DNA from: Candidatus Melainabacteria bacterium
Lineage (GTDB): Bacteria > Cyanobacteriota > Vampirovibrionia > LMEP-6097
Length of the DNA stretch: 52,609 nt
Assembly: GCA_018695135.1 (NCBI GenBank)
Contig: JABHOV010000052.1
Location: 1 to 52,609 of the forward strand
Reading direction: 5' to 3'
Shown here: in pieces, positions 45,783 to 52,609 of the stretch
Layout: every line of letters starts with the position of its first letter
How positions within the stretch are numbered: position 1 is the first letter of the stretch
Translations under genes and position numbers: made by a program
Notes under the pieces: generated by a model
What the model was told of the DNA's origin: nothing
Databases searched by the model: none
The model's input: only the letters and a program-made list of their open reading frames with translations

Positions 45783-48614
45783 CTAGACTAGCTCAGGAGT
45801 TTTTGTTGTCTTAAACACTTGTTCTTGTTTACAAATACTCCATTTAGAATTTGTTAGAAAGGCATTAAGAACTTCGTCAGGTCTTTGAGTTGACGTTAAC
45901 CTAAGTTCTAATTGTTCTGAATCTAAAAATTGCATACCGATTATATTGTCTCTAATATTCTTAGATTGCCCCTTGCCTCTCGGGTCTTTCTTGACCCCAA
46001 TCACTACGATCTCCCCTTGATCGAGAAAAGTTGTTAGACTTTGATCTAATTTCTGCTGAAATTCATCCTTATCTGTATTACCTAGATCATTATTCTGGCT
46101 GGAAAGCTCGTCATTCTGTATTAACTTTGCTGTATAAACCGTCTCTAGGACATCTTCAAGGGATAATCTTTCTTTAGAAGAGATCTCCGTCACCTCTACT
46201 ATTCTAGCTTGTTCTGGAAGTTCTTGGTTTAAAATTTCTTTTAATTTATCAAGATCTTCAAAAACCTCAGCCAGTTCTATAATCAAGTATTCCCCCATAC
46301 TCTCAACAAATAACGATAATGCATTCATCCAACTAATTTTGATACGCTGATTAAAGCCCTTGCTATGGACCAACGGCAAGCCAGAACGCCTGAAAGCACG
46401 CTCTAAAAGCCTCTGGAAATCCAAATGTGAAGCAAATCTATAGTCTCCAAGCTTAGTAATTTTTAATTTAATTCGTTGTTTACAAACCGTATTTCTGACA
46501 ATTATTTTAGGTTGCTTACTTGAAACTAGCTGCTCAGGCTCAATCACAGCCATACCTGTATTGACTAAAGCGTCCAAAAATAACAGGAGGTCGTGATATT
46601 TTTGTGCACGAATTAACCACTCTTGCTTCATAACATCTTGATCAGCCAATCTTGAGTCTTGATCAAGCGTTTCTACAAAAGGATTTGAATCAGAAAGATC
46701 TACTCCAACGATATTTTTCACATCGAGATTAAAACATACACCGCAAGCGTGACATTTATTTTCGGTACAAGGCGCAGTCTCAATTTCATCAACAGCTTGC
46801 TGCCATTCATGCACTAGAAACTTATCAGTAAAACCAATAGTCAAAACATCCCATGGCTGCTTTGAGCCAGGTTCCCTATGCTTAGTAACTTCCTTTTCGA
46901 TATCCAAACCACACTCAGCAGCAACCGTTTGCCAGCGATCAATATTGAAATGCTCAGACCAAGAGTCCATGCGAGAACCGGTCTCCCAAAGCTTTTGAAT
47001 AACTTGTCCCCATCTTCTATCACCACGTGATAAGACAGACTCTATCATTGCAAGTTCTGGCTCGGTGCAATTGAGCTTAATGTGTTTAGCTACTCTTCTT
47101 TGTCTTAATCCATCACGGATATATTTTTGTTTACGGTAAAATTCTGCAACACTGCATTGCGGGAACCACTGAAAGGCAGTAAATGTTTTTGGTACAAAAG
47201 TAGAAATAGTACAAGTGATCTTAAGAGGTGCTTTTCTTCCTTTGCCATTAAGTCCAGTAGCTCTGTGCAAATTTGCTGCCCACTCTAAAATATCTATGAT
47301 CCCATCAAGATCAGCATCTTCTTCAAAGGGTAAGCCAATCATAAAGTAGAGCTTGATTTGCTTCCAACCCTTGTCGTAAGTACCTTGTATGGCACGTTTA
47401 ATTTCTGCCTCACTAAGTCCCTTGTTAATAATGCGGCGCATTCTTTCGGTACCAGCTTCAGGTGCAAAAGTCATTCCAGATTTGCGCGCGCCTGAAACCT
47501 CATCTGCAAGCTGCACATTAAATCTATCAGCACGTTGTGATGGCATTGATAAACCAACTCCATTTTCTGCATGCTCTTCATTAATTGCATGAGCCGCTTC
47601 TGTCAGGCAAGTATAATCACTAGCCGACAATGACAACAGTGTAATGTCTTCATAACCAGACTGCTTGACTGACTCACCGCTCAATCTCAAAAGATCCTCT
47701 GCAGAGCGTTCACGCACTGGCAAGTAAGTATAACCAACTTGGCAAAAACGACAACCACGATCACAGCCACGGCGTATCTCAAGCACTTGTTTGTCTTGTA
47801 CTGTTTTGATATGCGGCACTGGACCAGAGATAGGGTTGTTAGAGTCGGTTAGGTATTGAGTGATTCTTTTTTCAACGGGGTAAGGAGGCTGCAAAGCTGT
47901 AGGGTTAGAAGGCTGTAGGGCTGTAAGGCTAGAAGGCTCTATGGGGCGTGGGATATAATTCTCGTCTAATTCATATAATGAAGGGACATATACTCCCTGT
48001 AATTGAGACAGTTGTAAAAGCAAATCTTCCCTTCCAGCCTTAGAACCCTCCAGCCTTAGAGCCTCAAGAAAATTAAGACACAAGTCTTGAATTTCTAGAA
48101 TCAACTCCTCTCCATCCCCAATAATAAAAAAGTCAAAATACTCAGCCATTGGCTCAGGATTAAAACACGCAGGCCCGCCAGCAAATACAAGTGGGTGACT
48201 TAGATCACGGTCTTTGGTTTTAAGTGGTAAGCCGGCAAGATCAAGTACATTGAGTACATTGGTGTAGCAAAGCTCGTAAGCTAGTGAGATCCCAATAAAA
48301 TCAAACTCAGCAAGTGGTTTGTTAGCCTCCCAAGACCAAAGCGGCATTTCATTGGCGCGCATCATCTCTTCCATATCAGGCATCACCGCAAAGGCTCTGT
48401 CACAAAGATAGTCAGGATGATTATTTACGATTTGATAAAGTAGTTTGAGCCCAAAGTTGGACATGCCAAGTTCATAAAGATCCGGGTAGACCAAAACCAT
48501 TCTTGACTTTGCTGAGTCCCAATCCTTGTGAGCCGCTCCCCATTCATTACCAAGATACTGTCCAGGTTTTTGAACTTGGGGGAGTATTTGGTTTCTTAGT
48601 TTGGTAGAAATCAT
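45783..48614 (-). CDS. B12-binding radical SAM protein (TIGR03960-type) fused to TIGR03936/DUF2344-like domain
   Basis: KPGQYLGNE, PDLYELGMSN, RGCDRGCRFC, TFAPEAG, KLYFMIGLP; C-terminal RFASHLD..ERAFRRSGLP..SKGFN; ATG 48632 comes from the repeat, so 48614 preferred. Confidence 0.9.
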   Translation of the reverse strand: MISTKLRNQILPQVQKPGQYLGNEWGAAHKDWDSAKSRMVLVYPDLYELGMSNFGLKLLYQIVNNHPDYLCDRAFAVMPDMEEMMRANEMPLWSWEANKPLAEFDFIGISLAYELCYTNVLNVLDLAGLPLKTKDRDLSHPLVFAGGPACFNPEPMAEYFDFFIIGDGEELILEIQDLCLNFLEALRLEGSKAGREDLLLQLSQLQGVYVPSLYELDENYIPRPIEPSSLTALQPSNPTALQPPYPVEKRITQYLTDSNNPISGPVPHIKTVQDKQVLEIRRGCDRGCRFCQVGYTYLPVRERSAEDLLRLSGESVKQSGYEDITLLSLSASDYTCLTEAAHAINEEHAENGVGLSMPSQRADRFNVQLADEVSGARKSGMTFAPEAGTERMRRIINKGLSEAEIKRAIQGTYDKGWKQIKLYFMIGLPFEEDADLDGIIDILEWAANLHRATGLNGKGRKAPLKITCTISTFVPKTFTAFQWFPQCSVAEFYRKQKYIRDGLRQRRVAKHIKLNCTEPELAMIESVLSRGDRRWGQVIQKLWETGSRMDSWSEHFNIDRWQTVAAECGLDIEKEVTKHREPGSKQPWDVLTIGFTDKFLVHEWQQAVDEIETAPCTENKCHACGVCFNLDVKNIVGVDLSDSNPFVETLDQDSRLADQDVMKQEWLIRAQKYHDLLLFLDALVNTGMAVIEPEQLVSSKQPKIIVRNTVCKQRIKLKITKLGDYRFASHLDFQRLLERAFRRSGLPLVHSKGFNQRIKISWMNALSLFVESMGEYLIIELAEVFEDLDKLKEILNQELPEQARIVEVTEISSKERLSLEDVLETVYTAKLIQNDELSSQNNDLGNTDKDEFQQKLDQSLTTFLDQGEIVVIGVKKDPRGKGQSKNIRDNIIGMQFLDSEQLELRLTSTQRPDEVLNAFLTNSKWSICKQEQVFKTTKTPELV
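47887..48063. repeat. two inverted octamer arrays (GGCTGTAG-like) in frame in radical SAM gene
   Basis: 47887-47940 GGCTGCAA AGCTGTAG GGTTAGAA GGCTGTAG GGCTGTAA GGCTAGAA; 48032-48063 TTCCAGCC TTAGAACC CTCCAGCC TTAGAGCC. Confidence 0.8.
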
Positions 48615-48626
48615 TTTTATTAAATC

Positions 48627-48731
48627 CGTCATTGCGAGGAACGAAGTGACGTGGCAATCCAGTGGATTAATTTCAAAAGTTTATTCAATAGTCAATGCAT
48701 TAGGTTGCTTCGCCTACGGCTCGCAATGACG
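48627..48731. repeat. CGTC-type inverted dimer filling the rpsJ-radical SAM spacer
   Basis: CGTCATTGCGAGGAACGAAGTGACGTGGCAATCC ... GGTTGCTTCGCCTACGGCTCGCAATGACG. Confidence 0.92.
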
Positions 48732-48733
48732 CT

Positions 48734-49063
48734 CTAAACTCGGACTGCTATATCCACACCAGCAGGCAGATCAAGATCTTTCAAAGCAACTGTAGTCTCA
48801 TGCGTAGGATCAACAAGATCAATTAAACGCGAATGAGTTTTAATTTGAAAATGCTCTCTTGATTTTTTATCAACGTGAGGCGATCTCAAAACACAATATC
48901 TTCTGATATTACTTGGCAAAGGGATAGGACCAGAAACTCTAGCGCCTGTTCTTGTCGCGGCCTCAACTATTTGTTTAGCTGATGCATCAAGGTTTACCGC
49001 ATCATAACTCTTAAGTCTGATTCTTATACGGTTTTGCTGTTTTTTCTTTGTTGTAGTTGCCAT
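48734..49063 (-). CDS. rpsJ: 30S ribosomal protein S10 (uS10)
   Basis: [39 protein letters not shown]; ATG 49063 preferred. Confidence 0.97.
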   Translation of the reverse strand: MATTTKKKQQNRIRIRLKSYDAVNLDASAKQIVEAATRTGARVSGPIPLPSNIRRYCVLRSPHVDKKSREHFQIKTHSRLIDLVDPTHETTVALKDLDLPAGVDIAVRV

Positions 49064-49134
49064 ATCAGCTGTCAATTATAGCGAATGGCTTCAAAGCAAA
49101 TCATAGAAATATTATTAATGTGTATTACGCCAAC

Positions 49135-51993
49135 CTAGTCCCTAATCAACCAATAAAGCTCAGCATGGGTATTATTGCCCAAGTCCGGATCTTCCACTTC
49201 CAGCCGATCTATATTATTCAGTGTTTCAAGCTTAGAACCAGCTCCAAAGCTATAAACAGAGACTCCAACAAAAGACTTAGGCTTAAAGATCAGCGTCTCG
49301 TGCTTCTTCGTTTCGGCAGGAATATAATCCCAATTACAGCTAATCAGACTAGCTCCTTGATCTAAATTACAAGCATCACTATATGGATTTTGCACATATT
49401 CAAGATCTGAAGCGAATGGAGAGCTAAAACTTACCCCATAGGCAGTTTTGCCTTCTCTCAAGCTCGATTTATTTTCTGCTATCACAGAGACGACTATATT
49501 CTCACCATGTTTTATATAGCTAGCTTCAGCTTGAGCATCAATGGCGATCACTGGGACTAAGCTCAGAGACATGTTAGCAAAGTTGCCATTCAATATTGGT
49601 GGTTCTGGTGGAGGTGTTGGTGGTTCAACTGGTGGTGGCAGTACATCATCATCACCATTGAAACTTATATTATACCCAAAAGATACATTGTCTGATGTTC
49701 TAGGATCAAGAATAAATTTAGACACAGGTTGAACTCTTGCACGTTGAACCTGAATTGCTTTACGCTCTCCTGGTTCAAGATCACCATTAAATTCAAAACT
49801 CAAATCAAAATGAATACTTTCATCAATCGCTAATTCTTTAATATCACATTGCAGTTCAGAGCTATTTCGCTGACAATAATTAGGCAACACACCAACAAGG
49901 TTCAAATCTTCTTGTATTGGCATAGTTAAAAACGCAGAACTTGCTACAAAATTACCTCCTAGAGCCCAGCGAGGTGAAGCTATATTTTGAACTGCAAATT
50001 CAATCTTAACTATTTCTGACTCTTGGTAAGTAAATTTATCAAGAAACGAAGATATTCCTAAGTCTGCATAGTCAGGCCTAATTGCTCCAGCAATTCTTCT
50101 ACCGGCAAAATACATTAAATCGGTTGAAACATGACCTGAATTATCATAGACAGTAAGTTTAATGGTTAAATCTTGACCAGGCAATTTATAGTTTGCCAAA
50201 TTATCAACCAAGATATCATCAACAGCTGCTGCACTAGACTCATAAAATTGCTCCCAGTCACTAGTCGAATCATTCCTAAAGTGAATTCCTCTTGCGTATT
50301 CTACAGTATATTTTTGAAAATCTTGTCTATCATCAGCAATTCCCGTAATTCTTTGAATATTTCTATCTGAGTCCATTTGAGCATGTATATAAGCAAGTGG
50401 ATATTCATTAGTCGCATTAACGGCTGCTGCTGCATCAACCACACCTCGATCAAACTCAGGAAATACAACTGAGTCACTAGTGTTTCTCAAAATAGACCTT
50501 ATCTCCTCAATAGTATATTCTGGATGTTGCTCCAATATCAAAGCAATAAGTCCTGCCACATGCGGTGATGCCATTGAGGTACCAGACTCAGAGCGATATT
50601 GCAAATCATTCCAGGTGCTTACAATATCTGTCCCTGGAGCAACCACATCAACCATGGTCCCATAACTTGAGCCATTTCTGAAACCAGCACGAGCCGTACC
50701 TCTATCTCTTTCGTCCTTAATAGTAGAATTACCAACGATTATCATTTTTGAATGATAATTAGGTCCCAGGAAAACTGCCCTTGCTGAATTATTTCCTGCA
50801 GCAAATACATTAATAACCCCAGCATCATAAGCAAAATCTAGAACATCCTTAAATGAACGGAAATATCCAGGTTGGTTATAGCCCCAAGAATTATTAATTA
50901 CAACTTTGTTTATAACACCTTCTTGATAAAGCTCGACTATATATTCAATTGCTTCCACTAAATCACTTGAACTACCACCTAAACTTTTAAGAGGTAAAAT
51001 TTTTGCTCCATATGCAACCCCCGCAACCCCTCGTGAGTTATTGCCGATAGCAGCAACAGTACCTGCAACATGAGTTCCATGTCCATCAGCATCTCTGGGG
51101 TCTGGATCATCCTTTGCAAAATCATAACCAAACATATATGGTACTAGTTCATTAGAATCAATATTCCTGTTACCGTTCAAATCAGCATCATCAAGATTAA
51201 CTTTGCCATCACCATTTCTATCATCCACAAGATTGGGATTGACCCAAATATTTTCCCATAAATCAGGGTGCTGATATGCAACTCCTGTATCATTAACAGC
51301 AATTACTACTCCCTCACCAGTTGCAGTCTCCCAAGCTCTTGGTGCCTTGATTCTAGAAATACCCCAAAGTTTTGTTTTATCAAGCACCTCACCCTCTTTA
51401 ATTAATTCAGGATCATTCAATTCTACTAAAGGCTCAACTATAGGTACTGACTCAGCATATTCAATACTTGGATCTGCATTAAGCTTGGCAACGAAGTTCA
51501 TAAAAGACTCACAGTCTTTTTCTTTTACATTGATGGTATAAATTCTTTCAATACCATAAGCCTTACGCAAAGCTCTAATCTTTTTACGTCTTGCAAGCTT
51601 GGTTTTATTTAAAGCTCTTGTTTTCAAACCATTTTGTTTCACTCTTGAAATGAATGACTTTCTAACTTTTGTTGTTTTTAACTTCTTATACTTCTTTTTA
51701 AGGTACTTATATAAATCCTTATCATAGTTAGCAGCTTCTAAGTTTTGATTTTGGGCAGCGATTACTTTCTTCTTCTTTTTAATGAATCCACTTTTCTTGC
51801 GCTTCTTTCTTCTTGCAAAAGCCTGCAGCATATCAGTGTTAGCTTTGAGAATAATTTTACCCTTTTCGTGGTCTCGACAGACAAAGCCTGGATTGCTTTT
51901 GGCTGATTTCTTCTTTGCCAATACAGGACTTGTACTTAAAACTACACTTATTAAAACTAAAACACTAAGAACCGATCTAATTATTTTTTTCAT
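49135..51993 (-). CDS. secreted S8 subtilase with C-terminal Ig/DUF11-like domains
   Basis: Signal peptide; VNDTG, GHGTHVAG, AAGN, GTSMASPHVAG; Pro-rich linker. Confidence 0.92.
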   Translation of the reverse strand: MKKIIRSVLSVLVLISVVLSTSPVLAKKKSAKSNPGFVCRDHEKGKIILKANTDMLQAFARRKKRKKSGFIKKKKKVIAAQNQNLEAANYDKDLYKYLKKKYKKLKTTKVRKSFISRVKQNGLKTRALNKTKLARRKKIRALRKAYGIERIYTINVKEKDCESFMNFVAKLNADPSIEYAESVPIVEPLVELNDPELIKEGEVLDKTKLWGISRIKAPRAWETATGEGVVIAVNDTGVAYQHPDLWENIWVNPNLVDDRNGDGKVNLDDADLNGNRNIDSNELVPYMFGYDFAKDDPDPRDADGHGTHVAGTVAAIGNNSRGVAGVAYGAKILPLKSLGGSSSDLVEAIEYIVELYQEGVINKVVINNSWGYNQPGYFRSFKDVLDFAYDAGVINVFAAGNNSARAVFLGPNYHSKMIIVGNSTIKDERDRGTARAGFRNGSSYGTMVDVVAPGTDIVSTWNDLQYRSESGTSMASPHVAGLIALILEQHPEYTIEEIRSILRNTSDSVVFPEFDRGVVDAAAAVNATNEYPLAYIHAQMDSDRNIQRITGIADDRQDFQKYTVEYARGIHFRNDSTSDWEQFYESSAAAVDDILVDNLANYKLPGQDLTIKLTVYDNSGHVSTDLMYFAGRRIAGAIRPDYADLGISSFLDKFTYQESEIVKIEFAVQNIASPRWALGGNFVASSAFLTMPIQEDLNLVGVLPNYCQRNSSELQCDIKELAIDESIHFDLSFEFNGDLEPGERKAIQVQRARVQPVSKFILDPRTSDNVSFGYNISFNGDDDVLPPPVEPPTPPPEPPILNGNFANMSLSLVPVIAIDAQAEASYIKHGENIVVSVIAENKSSLREGKTAYGVSFSSPFASDLEYVQNPYSDACNLDQGASLISCNWDYIPAETKKHETLIFKPKSFVGVSVYSFGAGSKLETLNNIDRLEVEDPDLGNNTHAELYWLIRD

Positions 51994-52165
51994 TCATATC
52001 CCCTTGAACAGATTCTTTTTACCAGTCCTAGCTTAAGAACAGATTAAGCAATAGATTAAAATAATTTCACTAAAATCCCTTCATTCTTAATCGTTGTATA
52101 ACTATAATTTGCAATTTTAAATTGTATCCAGCAGTCAATAGTTCACACACAGAAAGGGGAAATCA

Positions 52166-52609
52166 GTGAAAAACATAATTAGCATAACTTTAGTCGCAAC
52201 AATTTTATTATTAAATCCAATACCAGCAGAAGCTAGGTTTGTAGAGTCTGTAATCAACTCATACAGCGTTACAAATCTATTTGACTACAAGAAATACGAT
52301 AGCGTCATTAAAACCATACAAGAGTGTGCAGGATATTTAGGATCATCAAAATCAGTAGAAGACTTTATAAGTAACGGCAACAAACTCGCTGTATATCATT
52401 GTGTTCAAGACAAAACTAGTTTTGAAGCGATGGGTGGCGATGCTCGTCATGCAAACTCTATTGCAATGGGGGGGTTTAGTCTTGCAAATGCAAGTGATAC
52501 TATTGCTATTGGTACAAAATCTTATTCCAGAGATAAATACAGTGTGAGCTTAGGCAATTCTGCGTTTACATCGGGTGAAAATTCAATAGCAATCGGGAGC
52601 AAGGCTATA
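52166..52609 (+). CDS. YadA-like (trimeric autotransporter head repeat) adhesin, 3' truncated by window edge
   Basis: SD AAGGGG, GTG start, signal peptide ending AEA; 14-residue repeats NSIAMG, DTIAIG, YSVSLG, NSIAIG. Confidence 0.75.
   Translation, partial: MKNIISITLVATILLLNPIPAEARFVESVINSYSVTNLFDYKKYDSVIKTIQECAGYLGSSKSVEDFISNGNKLAVYHCVQDKTSFEAMGGDARHANSIAMGGFSLANASDTIAIGTKSYSRDKYSVSLGNSAFTSGENSIAIGSKAI

Noticed and set aside
46570-46615. Possible additional palindromic insert in the radical SAM interdomain linker (CAAAAATA...TATTTTTG)
   Set aside because: Only an 8-bp AT-rich stem in a naturally variable linker; insufficient support
6902-48731. CGTC repeats as CRISPR repeats or integron attC sites
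   Set aside because: Dispersed, often intragenic, no regular spacing, no GTTRRRY/RYYYAAC core pairs and no integrase

Overview
AT-rich bacterial chromosomal segment. The cyanobacterial-type ClpC, AMIN-domain amidase and RNase E, together with the absence of photosynthesis genes and two sigma28-type promoters, suggest a non-photosynthetic cyanobacterial relative (Melainabacteria/Vampirovibrionia; inference). It is mostly housekeeping genes (murI, argC, holB, clpC, ftsH, alaS, acs, nnr, recJ, fabD, rbgA, secG, folC, rne, rpsJ), with a type II toxin-antitoxin pair, a CAT-anticodon tRNA followed by a ~10 kb glycosylation/sulfation locus, a subtilase and the start of a YadA-like adhesin. The strongest signal is a dense set of about 18 small palindromic elements from several families with no transposase in the window. 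Many sit in frame inside core genes (acs four times, alaS, murI) or supply new C-termini (recJ, folC, sulfotransferase). Their internal stems vary in sequence but keep a GNA triloop, which points to recognition of single-stranded DNA structure. Other notable items: an apparently catalytically degenerate PurD, widespread leaderless-type promoters, a putative sigma28-controlled orphan protein and pseudo-receiver regulator, an inverted copy of the tRNA T-arm, and a stand-alone rpsJ. All calls are by eye; no database searches were run.
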